From assembly GCA_046757165.1 (NCBI GenBank), contig JBHHXT010000029.1, forward strand, positions 1 to 37,168: a stretch of 37,168 nucleotides of DNA, written 5' to 3'. Shown piece by piece: positions 10,801 through 18,259 of this stretch. This DNA is from a bacterium. GTDB taxonomy: Bacteria > Zhuqueibacterota > Zhuqueibacteria > Oceanimicrobiales > Oceanimicrobiaceae. Made by a program: the position numbers and the translations under genes. Numbering within the stretch: the first letter of the stretch is position 1; every line of letters starts with the position of its first letter. The notes under the pieces were generated by a model. The model did no database searches and was not told where the DNA came from. It was given only the letters and a program-made list of their open reading frames with translations.

Positions 10801-11098
10801 TCCAGATGTGGTTGTTGCGGTCCTCAAGAACGGCAGGCACGACCCCGACACTGACATGGCCTATCTCAACATAGTTGGTGAATTCGTGGCCATCAAACCT
10901 GCTGACGCCACCATTGGTGCCAAACCACATATAGCCCTTGCGGTCCTGAGTGATGGTCAGGACCTGTGATTGCACCAGACCGTGCTCGACCGAGTAGGTC
11001 GTGAAGTCGAGGTGCTGTGCATACGCCGGGCGGAGACAAAGCAGACCTCCTAAGGCCGTGACCATTATCAAAACAAGAGTGTCTACCTGTCTGCTCAT
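4817..11098 (-). CDS. Hybrid sensor histidine kinase: periplasmic two-component beta-propeller repeats + Y_Y_Y, TM, PAS-GAF-PAS-PAS, HisKA, HATPase, three REC domains
   Basis: Repeated EDREGNLWFGT..GV..YDG units; YSNLPPGDYAFKV (Y_Y_Y); PPYWRTWWF followed by TM; H-box FLANMSHEIRTPLN; N-box NLVGNAIKF; DTGAG; FGGTGLGL; receivers ILDKQMP, LMDIYMP, LMDMEMP, each with a KP motif. Confidence 0.95.
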   Translation of the reverse strand: MSRQVDTLVLIMVTALGGLLCLRPAYAQHLDFTTYSVEHGLVQSQVLTITQDRKGYMWFGTNGGVSRFDGHEFTNYVEIGHVSVGVVPAVLEDRNNHIWIGTAGHGVFRFNGSSFDHFDETVGLIDNSVTSMVEDSIGNLWFGTNGGVSKYDGERFENFTEQDGLISNHVLSVAQDEGGTLWFGTANGVSQYDGRTFTHFSEKTLLSNTRVFHILAERSGQLWFATGKNAIGYDGSVFTIVDEATGLPHGGVHQIYQDRAGTLWFATAGGVGKYDGMHLTQFTTRHGLASNRIWSIFEDREGNLWFGTDAGGVCKFRGGTFSYFTDQEGLTNKTVMSILEDSKGYFWFGTMEGGVTRFDGERVRNYGEKDGLSRNGVYTMVEDHDGNLWFGTENGICKFDGVSFENFITREGQNNVVLDLLQDREGNLWIGTLEEGVYKFDGKTFTNYSSEHGLGSNRVDAIMEDREGNLWFGTEQGLSKYDGEAFTNISGKKGVAFNFITNVLQDQQGAIWFGTAGNGVVRYQPVQPETEESVATFTTQEGLSNNDALFMIFDDSGELWIGTNRGLNRLNVPLLNRTGEVEIRHYGQEEGFIGIECNHNAVFKDKDGNLWFGTLAGAIKYAPQYDRQNAKEPRTHIVDVRIFHEKVDWRARCDSVSKSTELPYDLCLPFNQNHLTFDFVGISLAIPEKVRYLYKLDGFDKSWSPVTADRFATYSNLPPGDYAFKVKACNNDQLWNAKPATFRFRIAPPYWRTWWFFLICLLSLCGGVYALVLFRTRQLQKKRWHLEEIVERRTAELQTEKKKVEQAALELEKLSLVASEPDNGVMIANAEGEIEWINAGFTRLSGYTLEEFRSARGRTLFEVSTNPRIAQLIEQCIQKRKSIVYESINVSKTGEEYCVSSTLTPIFDEDSSLKNLIVIDTDITHLKKTEQALVESQTRLKLLNAIATGIRSGTSVDEIIAETLNLTSFYFKDYRIAYSAIDSEGGITVKHVVEPESMKSNDGMQMDLSAAPDYLKALHTHRVMSVRDIRKDARLTPIQTTLTSAKIRALLEVPVLHENRVIGSVSFHSPTPHSWSEHEVTTLREIADYLIILFNDAFTQQERTRVERQVLMQKVYFEQLFENAPEAIVLLDTEGRIIQANSEFTSMFGYTFEEAMGKSIDALIRPDDLDEPETMVENLKPHQNLNLESIRRRKDGSLVHVSLLTTPVHFESWFVAIYGIYRDITERKQAEEALRDSEAELKALNQQLMKNEKQLSDANAQLTTSLEQLKVNDAFLRESESKYRTLFNHIADPIMIFDKKSKLFLDCNDAVVRIYGYTRDEFRTLTPFDLHPPEDLQSVKSNIDHKNVNASNAYTHLTKDGCCIRVETLTDEIEYQGHDAWITIVRDVTQSKQAEEELKAAKEAAESANRKLMKTNAELEEAISLAKEMAARAEMANVAKSDFLANMSHEIRTPLNAIIGMTELVLETRLTPEQTGYVNVVQSASEGLLGLIDDILDFSKIEAGQMEIERIGFKLAEVVEGVAEIFSSRADKKELELLCYVAPEVPKHVVGDPTRLRQILVNLVGNAIKFTESGYVAIKLEFEGMSQPPEQDEALARLHFKVCDTGAGISPENVMKIFEKFSQEDTSTTRKFGGTGLGLNISRSLVEMMGGKLWVESEVDKGSTFQFKLSLPVFECEQQQEDQAAAELHDVTIMIVDDNEVNRFILKKTLQTQGIDVLEAARGQQALAILEDHADNIDLMILDKQMPQMDGIQLARQIRRCDKFKDIKMIMLSSLQQLNANLKRELDISQSIIKPVKQSQLPAILIRTLREDRGDSVRDERVSPGKPAEKKFYQRILLVEDNLDNQKLVCKILRKSGFTVDVAENGKVAVQAARKFRYDLVLMDIYMPVMDGFEATQKIRAWERSNKYDRMPIIALTAHAVQGYREKCLRNDMDDFITKPVKKKTLLNMVEKWLDPRPTILVVDDSEDNRHLLTQHLRKRGDVKVVTAQHGQEAVSEFNHRSISIILMDMEMPVMDGYTAVSEIRNLEHGAQVPIIALTAHRGKKAQDKCLQAGCSGFLTKPVRKKTLLETIEHYLAEHTSADEANHVIEVES

Positions 11099-11165
11099 GA
11101 CCCCAATGCTAATTCAGTTTGTTCGGCATCCCATCCGAGAATTGACCTCGACAGAACCATGCTGT

Positions 11166-12713
11166 TCAGCTCGCACAACGCACCAATCTGGTCGTGTCCG
11201 GTCCGTCATCCGTAACCAGAATCGGCCGGGAGCCAATCCATTTCGCAACCATATCCAGCAAGGCTTGCTTGCGAACAGGCTTCGTGATATAATCATCCAT
11301 GCCCTGGCCGAGGCATTTTTGACGATACCCCTGGATGGCATGCGCGGTAAATGCGATGATGGGAACGCGCGCGCGCGCGGTTTGTTCTTCCCACATCCTG
11401 ATTTTCTGCGTCGCCGTGAAACCATCCATTTCAGGCATCTGGATGTCCATGATGATCAAATCATAGACATTCTCTTTCACCGCAGCCACGGCTGCCATGC
11501 CATTCTCTGCCGTGTCGACCACATATCCGGCCTTCTGCAGAATCCTGGCCGCCAATATCTGATTCGCCCGGGTATCCTCCACCAGCAGTATTTTATTGGG
11601 GTGGGGGGATTCTTCTTCCTCCTCTTCGACCAGGACGACTGAAGGCGGTTCACTGGCTTCGGGCGCAGGGGCTGCCAACTCTGCCACCGTCCTGAACAGC
11701 GCTGATTGCATCACGGGCTTCGGAAGGATGGCCGCAACGCCAGGCGCACTCCTGAGCGCATCAGGATCGCCGGTGCACGTTGTGAGCAGAATCATCCGGA
11801 TGCCATGAAGCTCAGGGTTTGCTTCGAACTCAGCCAGCAAATCGATAGACTCTGTTCGACTGAGCTGCTCTTCAGCAATGAGCAGGTCAAAGGCGGCTGG
11901 TGTGCTTTTCAGAGTCCTCAAAACTTCGGCAGCATCGCGCGCCCCGACGACCTCAAAGCCGTAGACTGCCAGTGTTTTGCACACCATAGAACGAAAGGGA
12001 GATTTTGCAGCCAGAACCAGGATCTTGCTTGACCCGCCGGCGGTGATACGGCGTCTCCGAGGTTGGGAGATGGCCCTGCCCAGCCTGAGCTTGAAATGAA
12101 ACACACTCCCCTTGCCGACTTTACTTTCGACCCAGAACTCTCCCTCCAACTGCTCGACGGCAGAACTGGAGAGATTCAGCCCTCGTCCAGGTGCGCTGGA
12201 CTCGCGGCTCGTTGACGAGTCCGCCTGTGGAAAATCGTTACAGATCTCATGCAACCTTTGCAGCGAAATTCCAACGCTGGTGTCCGACACCTTAAGATGA
12301 AGGCCGACGTGGTCCTCCATCTCACGCCTCTCTCCCGGCTTGCTTGCGATGACTTCAAGCGCGACGTGTCCTTGCTCAGTGAACTTGATGGCATTCCGAA
12401 GCAACTTGATCAGGACCCGCCTCAATCTGGTCGGGTCGCCATTCACCTCAGTCGGGAGACTTGGATCAACAAAACACAGCAATTCCAGCCCTTTCGACCT
12501 GGCTTCGACGGCACACATCCCGACCGCCGACTCCGCTATCTCGACAAGGTCGAAGTCCGTGCTCTGATGAGGGGGTGACTTGGCAGTCACTGCCTGGTTG
12601 GCTGCCTCTGCGGTCGCTCCGGCCTTATCGAGCTCGGTTCGCAACTGGCCCCGCTGTCTGTGGCGGCAGAACAAAACAAATAGAGATAGGGCAAGTACAA
12701 GGAAAGCAAACAT
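11166..12713 (-). CDS. Membrane-anchored degenerate hybrid kinase (no HisKA; altered HATPase; pseudo-REC plus intact REC)
   Basis: N-terminal TM; GDPTRLRRVLIKLLRNAIKF, DTSVGIS, GRGLNLS; no H-box; first REC lacks Asp motifs; second REC is intact (LVED...MDIQMP...TAHA...KP). Confidence 0.8.
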   Translation of the reverse strand: MFAFLVLALSLFVLFCRHRQRGQLRTELDKAGATAEAANQAVTAKSPPHQSTDFDLVEIAESAVGMCAVEARSKGLELLCFVDPSLPTEVNGDPTRLRRVLIKLLRNAIKFTEQGHVALEVIASKPGERREMEDHVGLHLKVSDTSVGISLQRLHEICNDFPQADSSTSRESSAPGRGLNLSSSAVEQLEGEFWVESKVGKGSVFHFKLRLGRAISQPRRRRITAGGSSKILVLAAKSPFRSMVCKTLAVYGFEVVGARDAAEVLRTLKSTPAAFDLLIAEEQLSRTESIDLLAEFEANPELHGIRMILLTTCTGDPDALRSAPGVAAILPKPVMQSALFRTVAELAAPAPEASEPPSVVLVEEEEEESPHPNKILLVEDTRANQILAARILQKAGYVVDTAENGMAAVAAVKENVYDLIIMDIQMPEMDGFTATQKIRMWEEQTARARVPIIAFTAHAIQGYRQKCLGQGMDDYITKPVRKQALLDMVAKWIGSRPILVTDDGPDTTRLVRCAS

Positions 12714-12726
12714 GCCTGTTGCCTCG

Positions 12727-13917
12727 TCAGTCCACTCTCTCTATGGCGAGAATCGAAAGATCATCGTCAAAGCTCGGCTTTCCCCTCCAGGCTTGCAGCT
12801 CTTTGTGAATCGTGGTCAACGTTTCGCGCGTGGTCAACTGGCGACTCTTCTCCAGGAGTTGCAGTAATCGTCGCTCGGCAAAAGGCACGTTTGAAGGGTT
12901 GCAACATTCAGTGATGCCATCGGAATAAATGAACAGGCGGTCCCCGGCCACAAAGTTGAGTTCGGTTTCTTCATATTCGACCTCGGGGAACAAGCCGACC
13001 GGGAATCCGCTTCCCTCAACCGGCCTGACCATTTCGCCCGCTCGAACAAGAATCGGCTGAGGATGGGCTGCCTGGCACATCCGAATCCTGCTGCGGCGAA
13101 GATCGATAATGCCGTAGACCATGGTGAAATACTGAAATGCGTCAATATCGGATTGGAAACTGTCATTCAGAAATTTGACGATTCGTGCGGGCTCAGCAAG
13201 ATCATAAACCTGCGCTTCGGACTCAGGCTGTCGATGGGGATTCTTCTGCAATGTACCCGGTGAGATGAGCTTGCTCAGGGCGACCGAGAGCAGGGCAGAG
13301 GCCACGCCATGACCCGAGACATCCAGCAGATAAAATCCGATTTGCTCGTCGTCCAATTCAAAATAATTGTAAACGTCTCCGGCGACAAAAGTACAGGGCT
13401 GGAAGAAGGTTTCGAAACAGACGCCGGAGAGAAGATGGGAGGGTCTTGGCAGGAGACTCTTTTGCACCTTTGAGGCGACCTTTAGATCCTTTTCAATGCT
13501 CTTGTAGGCCCGGCTCAACTGATCATTCTTCTCCTCGAGCTCCGACTGCAGCTCGAGGATACGGTGCCCGGCTCGGACGCGCTGCTTCAACTCTTGTTTG
13601 TTGAAAGGCTTCCGGACATAGTCGTCTGCACCCGCCGTCATGCCTTCTATGACATCAGTTTTGGTCTCCTTCGACGTCAGAATGATAACGTAAACATATC
13701 CTAAGCAGCATTCGTCTCGGATCTTCTTACACAGCGTCACCCCATCCATTTGTGGCATCAGCCAGTCGGTGATAACAAAGGTGATCTCGCCTTGTTGCAG
13801 AATCGACCACGCTTCCTGCCCATCTCGCGCCTGCACGGTTTCATGACCCCAGGAATGGAGGAATTTCGACAAAAGCTGTAGCATGTCCGGATCATCATCT
13901 ACAATCAAAATGCGCAT
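12727..13917 (-). CDS. REC-PP2C (SpoIIE/RsbU-family) serine phosphatase response regulator
   Basis: REC ILIVDDD...TDWLMP...KPF; coiled coil; PP2C motifs VAGDVY, LLDVSGHG, YSDGITE, DDLSIL. Confidence 0.93.
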   Translation of the reverse strand: MRILIVDDDPDMLQLLSKFLHSWGHETVQARDGQEAWSILQQGEITFVITDWLMPQMDGVTLCKKIRDECCLGYVYVIILTSKETKTDVIEGMTAGADDYVRKPFNKQELKQRVRAGHRILELQSELEEKNDQLSRAYKSIEKDLKVASKVQKSLLPRPSHLLSGVCFETFFQPCTFVAGDVYNYFELDDEQIGFYLLDVSGHGVASALLSVALSKLISPGTLQKNPHRQPESEAQVYDLAEPARIVKFLNDSFQSDIDAFQYFTMVYGIIDLRRSRIRMCQAAHPQPILVRAGEMVRPVEGSGFPVGLFPEVEYEETELNFVAGDRLFIYSDGITECCNPSNVPFAERRLLQLLEKSRQLTTRETLTTIHKELQAWRGKPSFDDDLSILAIERVD

Positions 13918-14039
13918 TCGGGAGCTCCTTACCAGTTCACATGATCCTCTCCTGCAGCATGGCTTTTATCTTAGTCGCGTTGAACTGAAACAAGCCCAAA
14001 GAAGGCATATCCTGGATTTGCGTAAGGCATGACAGGTCA

Positions 14040-14393
14040 TCAAGACCCGGTTCCTTGCTTTGACAGCACTCTGACGGCCTCAGCATCCGAATCGAACATC
14101 TGAAACACTCGGTCCATGCGCGTCAGTTTGAACATGGTCATGACGGCTCGCTGCGTACCGGTGATCGCCATGTGGCCATCCGCTCCCATGGCCTTCTTAC
14201 TGGCAACGATGGCTCCCAGCCCGCTGCTGTCAATAAAATCTACTGAGGAAATGTTCAATACGATGTTGTGTTCTCCCTTCCGAATATGCTCCAGCATACA
14301 GTCGCGAAAATCAGCGGCAACTTCTGAATCCAGGCGATTGTCAAGAAATCTGGCAATTAGTATCTCACCTTGTTTCACAAGCTCAGTCTTCAT
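14040..14393 (-). CDS. STAS-domain anti-sigma-factor antagonist (RsbV/SpoIIAA-like)
   Basis: 117 aa; RLD...F, VLNISSVDFIDSSGLGAIV with the phospho-acceptor Ser, FKLTRMDRVF. Confidence 0.93.
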   Translation of the reverse strand: MKTELVKQGEILIARFLDNRLDSEVAADFRDCMLEHIRKGEHNIVLNISSVDFIDSSGLGAIVASKKAMGADGHMAITGTQRAVMTMFKLTRMDRVFQMFDSDAEAVRVLSKQGTGS

Positions 14394-14435
14394 TGCACTG
14401 ATACAGTCCCTTTGTTCAAGAGGTCTTCTTAATTC

Positions 14436-14747
14436 CTACTCATCATCCTGCCAAACGATCTTGACCGTAGAGAGATAACCAGACAAATACTCGATCATCT
14501 CCGCAATGCGAGAGACGTTGCCGGCAACAGCGGCTTCTTCAATATTCTTGCCGATCTCAGTTATCTCATGAAAGCCATAGCCGCCACCGGACCCCTTCAT
14601 GCTGTGACCGAGGCGCTGTATCTCATCCAGGTCGCCTTGTTGCAACAAGTCCCGTATTTGAATCACATCGCTGCGGCGATTATCCAGGTAATCAGGAATG
14701 AGCTCCTCGAGATCAGTGTCGACATAAGCCACGGTTTCTTGTGACAT
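14436..14747 (-). CDS. Stand-alone Hpt (histidine phosphotransfer) protein
   Basis: 103 aa, acidic and helical; RLGHSMKGSGGGYG Hpt signature; SD AGGAG. Confidence 0.9.
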   Translation of the reverse strand: MSQETVAYVDTDLEELIPDYLDNRRSDVIQIRDLLQQGDLDEIQRLGHSMKGSGGGYGFHEITEIGKNIEEAAVAGNVSRIAEMIEYLSGYLSTVKIVWQDDE

Positions 14748-14806
14748 CTGTTTCTCCTGTGTAAAGCCAATGACGATTCAGCAACATATGGTGTGCTGCA
14801 TTATAT

Positions 14807-14833
14807 TCATCGACGAGCACAATGAAACATTTA
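14807..14833 (-). promoter_or_regulatory. Putative sigma28 (FliA/SigD-type) promoter of the hpt operon
   Basis: Minus strand reads TAAA-tgtttcattgtgctc(15 nt)-GTCGATGA; consensus is TAAA-N15-GCCGATAA. Lies 60 nt upstream of the hpt ATG. Confidence 0.55.
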
Positions 14834-15053
14834 GTAATATTTCCGGAGGGAGCTAAACCGGCCTTCGGCACTCTTTGGAAAGGATCTTTGGCGGTGAGTG
14901 AACGGTTTTCAGGGTGTGGAAGATATTTTCACTTTGCATAAAGAATAACTCATTGCGCGGCAAAACGCGGGCAGTGGTCGGGGGCTGTCCAAAAAGCCCG
15001 GGCAGAGTCCGTCATGCGACATTTATGTCGCCGAGTTCAAGTTCTGGACTTTG

Positions 15054-15875
15054 TTATTCTCGCATAGCCCGTTCGAATCGAACGTCCTGGAAGGCTCGAG
15101 TCACATGGCTGGCAATCTGCTCATGGATCTTACCGTTGCTGGCGATGATGTTGCCGGTTTCGAGATGGTCGTTTGCCGAGAGAAAGCCGGACACCGTGCC
15201 GCCCGCCTCCTCGATGAGCAACACGCCAGCCGCGATATCCCACAGATTCAGCCCAACTTCCCAGAAGCCATCGATCCGGCCACACGCCAGATAAGCCAAG
15301 TCCAGGGCGGCCGCACCGGCACGGCGCAGATCGCTCACCTCTTGAAACATAGAAGTGAACGCCTTGAAGTAGGGCATGGTCAGATGTTTGGCGCGAAAGG
15401 GAAAGCCGGTTCCAAGTAAGCATTGAGAGATGTCTGTGGTCTGGCTGACCTGAATCAGCTCATCATTCAGGGAAGCGCCGTGGCCTTTTTCAGCAGCGAA
15501 CAACTCGCCGCGCAGCGGGTCCAGAATCACCCCCACCTGCACCTGGCCCTGGTGCAACAGGGCGACTGACACAGCAAACGCCGGGAAGCCATGAATGTAG
15601 TTCGTGGTGCCATCCAAAGGGTCGACCACCCAGAGAAAGCCGTTCGTTTTCTGGCCCCCGGATTCTTCCGCCAGAATATTGTGCTCCGGATGCTGCTCGA
15701 GAATGAACGCCATGATCGCTTTTTCCGCCAGCACGTCTACCTGAGTCACAAAATCAAACTTTTGTTTTTCGCTGATCTCCCTGCTCTTTTGACCCGAGAG
15801 ATTTTCCTTCAGAATCTTACCGCCAATGCGTGCGGCTTCGAGTGCGGTCTGTAAGAACATCTTTCTGAGATCCAA
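15054..15875 (-). CDS. suhB: Inositol monophosphatase family protein
   Basis: DFVTQVD, ILAEES, WVVDPLDGTTNY, RRAGAAALDL, WDIAAG. TTG start 2 nt after the mutS2 stop; alternative ATG at 15860. Confidence 0.9.
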   Translation of the reverse strand: MDLRKMFLQTALEAARIGGKILKENLSGQKSREISEKQKFDFVTQVDVLAEKAIMAFILEQHPEHNILAEESGGQKTNGFLWVVDPLDGTTNYIHGFPAFAVSVALLHQGQVQVGVILDPLRGELFAAEKGHGASLNDELIQVSQTTDISQCLLGTGFPFRAKHLTMPYFKAFTSMFQEVSDLRRAGAAALDLAYLACGRIDGFWEVGLNLWDIAAGVLLIEEAGGTVSGFLSANDHLETGNIIASNGKIHEQIASHVTRAFQDVRFERAMRE

Positions 15876-15877
15876 TG

Positions 15878-18259
15878 TTAATCAAGTTCGGCAATAGTGA
15901 CGCCCAGGTCCCCCTCGTTCCAGGCTCCCATCTTGTGACTTTTGACTCGTGCATGGTCATCCAGGAAACTTGCCAGTCCCTTGCGCAAAACCCCGGTGCC
16001 TTTGCCATGAATGATACGGACCTGGCTCCAGCCTGCCAGCAACGCATCGTCCAGGAATTTGTCGACGATGCCAGTCGCATCGTCAAGGGTTTGCCCCCGA
16101 ACATCAATTTCTGGCAAGACCGTATCCTTGGCCTCGGTTTGGATGCTGACGGTGCTGCGCCTGGCCTCTCTTGCTTGCCGTTCGGGTGGCGCGGCCAGTT
16201 CCTTGACCCCGACCCATATTTTAATGTTTCCCAATTCCAGCAAGGCTTTGGCGCCATCGTCCTGCAGCGCGATGACTTTGCCGGTTCGATTTTGCTTGCG
16301 CCATAACACCTCGCGGCCAATGGCAAGGTCGGGCTCCGCGTGGCGCTCGACCACAGGCGCCTCGGTCACCAGCTTCTTTAGCCCCTGTTCAATTGTGTCC
16401 TTCTGGCTTTTCAGGCGCTCTTTAACGCTGGTTATGGCCAAACGGTCTGCCTCTTTTTCTTTGATCTCTTTGACAACTTGTTCCACAATCGCATTCGACC
16501 GGTCCAGGATGTGCCGGGCATCTTCAAGTGCTTTCCGCTTGAGTGCTCTTGCCTCTTCTTTGAAAGAATCGACCTTCTCCTGATATAGATTCGTCAAGCC
16601 TTGCAGCCGAGTCTTTTCGATCTCGAGAGACCGGGCGAGTCTTTCTGATGCCTGCGTTTTCCGGTCCAGATCCAGAATGAGCCGCTCCAGTTTGTGCTTC
16701 TCGCTTCCGAGCAACGCCCTCGAGCGAGAAAGGATGGCCTCAGGCAAACCGAGCCGTCTGGAGATCTCGAGCGCATAACTGGAGCCAGGGATGCCGGCTT
16801 TGAAGCGAAACGTCGGCAGCAATGTGGCGACGTCGAATTCCATTGAACCGTTTTCTACGCCTGGTGTGTTGTAAGCAAACGCTTTGAGATTGCCGTGGTG
16901 GGTCGTCACAATGGTCAAGCTGCCGCGTGCGGTCAACGCCTCTAAGACGGCGATGGAAAGCGCCGCGCCTTCGTCCGGGTCCGTCCCGACACCGATCTCG
17001 TCCAGCAGCACCAGTGAATGCTCATCGGCATCGGTCACGATGGTCTGAATGTTCTTGATATGAGAGGTAAAGGTGGAAAGGTCTTGCTCGATGGATTGAT
17101 AATCACCGATATCCGCAAAAATTTTTTTGAAAACCGGCAAGGTGGAATCCGGGTGCGCAGGAATCGGGATGCCACATTGCACCATCAAAGCAAGCAGCCC
17201 CACCGTCTTGAGAGCCACCGATTTGCCACCGGCATTGGGACCGGTGATGACCAGCGTATTGGCCCCCTCGCCGATCTCGAGGTTCAGAGGAACCACCTCC
17301 TGCCCCTCTTTCCTGTGCACGAGCAGCAAAGGATGCTTGCCGGCGATGATGTCGATCACGCTGCCTGTGTTAAAGGAAGGCTGCACACAGTCGAACGTAC
17401 GCGCGAACCTCGCTTTGGCATGAATGAAATCAAATTCGGCCAAAATGCTCAGGTTGTCACGGATAGCCTGCAGCTCAGGATAGATCAGCGCCGTCAGCGC
17501 TCTCAGAATGCGCTCGACTTCACGCTGCTCCTCGCGCCTGAGGCTCTGGATTTCGTTGTTGAACTCAATAGACTCCAGCGGCTCGACAAACACCGTTGCT
17601 CCGCTGGCCGACTGGTCATGGACAAGTCCCCGCACCTTGCCTTTGTTTGCAATCTTGACCGGGAAAACGAGGCGGCCATCTTTCAGCGTCATCACCGGCT
17701 CTTGTAGATAGCCCTTTTCTGAGACCTGCTTGAACAAATGTTCCAGCGCCTTGCGCGCCTTTTGCTCCAAACGCTGAATTTCCTTACGCAGACGGCTGAG
17801 CTTTGGGCTGGCCGAGCTCTTCACCTCCGAGGCCTGGAAATCGATTTGGTCTGCAACCGCAGTTTCGATTTCTTGCAGGAGAGTGATGTCCTGTGCGACC
17901 TGCCTCAGATGCGGATAAGTTTCCTTCCGGCGCTCGAAATAGACCCGAACCTTTCTGCTCGCGGACAGCGTGTTCGCGATTCGGATCAGCCCATCACACG
18001 GCAGCAGACCGCCAGGAACGGCCGCCACCTCCAGGTCGGCTCCGATGTCCCAGAGCTGCAAGGGAAACGGGGCGTCCTGTTCAAGCAGATGCACGAGCTC
18101 GCTGACCCGGCTAAGATGAGTTTCGATTTCTCCTTGTCCGGTCATGAATGCCAGCCGTTCAAATTTGTCGGCAGCCAGTGCGGAGAGCGTTTCCTGCTTT
18201 AGCAGAGTGATAATCTTATCGAATTCCAGCCGTTTGTGCAGATCGTCGCTGAGCATCAT
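15878..18259 (-). CDS. mutS2: MutS2 with C-terminal Smr domain
   Basis: LEFDKI start; HDQSASGATVFVEP; Walker A TGPNAGGKS; LSTFTSH; LLDEIGVGTDP; coiled coil; Smr IDVRG...IIHGKGTG. Confidence 0.95.
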   Translation of the reverse strand: MMLSDDLHKRLEFDKIITLLKQETLSALAADKFERLAFMTGQGEIETHLSRVSELVHLLEQDAPFPLQLWDIGADLEVAAVPGGLLPCDGLIRIANTLSASRKVRVYFERRKETYPHLRQVAQDITLLQEIETAVADQIDFQASEVKSSASPKLSRLRKEIQRLEQKARKALEHLFKQVSEKGYLQEPVMTLKDGRLVFPVKIANKGKVRGLVHDQSASGATVFVEPLESIEFNNEIQSLRREEQREVERILRALTALIYPELQAIRDNLSILAEFDFIHAKARFARTFDCVQPSFNTGSVIDIIAGKHPLLLVHRKEGQEVVPLNLEIGEGANTLVITGPNAGGKSVALKTVGLLALMVQCGIPIPAHPDSTLPVFKKIFADIGDYQSIEQDLSTFTSHIKNIQTIVTDADEHSLVLLDEIGVGTDPDEGAALSIAVLEALTARGSLTIVTTHHGNLKAFAYNTPGVENGSMEFDVATLLPTFRFKAGIPGSSYALEISRRLGLPEAILSRSRALLGSEKHKLERLILDLDRKTQASERLARSLEIEKTRLQGLTNLYQEKVDSFKEEARALKRKALEDARHILDRSNAIVEQVVKEIKEKEADRLAITSVKERLKSQKDTIEQGLKKLVTEAPVVERHAEPDLAIGREVLWRKQNRTGKVIALQDDGAKALLELGNIKIWVGVKELAAPPERQAREARRSTVSIQTEAKDTVLPEIDVRGQTLDDATGIVDKFLDDALLAGWSQVRIIHGKGTGVLRKGLASFLDDHARVKSHKMGAWNEGDLGVTIAELD

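Noticed and set aside
9400..11000. Periodic nucleotide repeats (e.g. CCAGAGATTGCCTTCCC, CCAAACCA) that could suggest a CRISPR or tandem array
   Set aside because: Degenerate, in-frame coding repeats for GNLWFGT propeller blades; no identical direct repeats with unique spacers.
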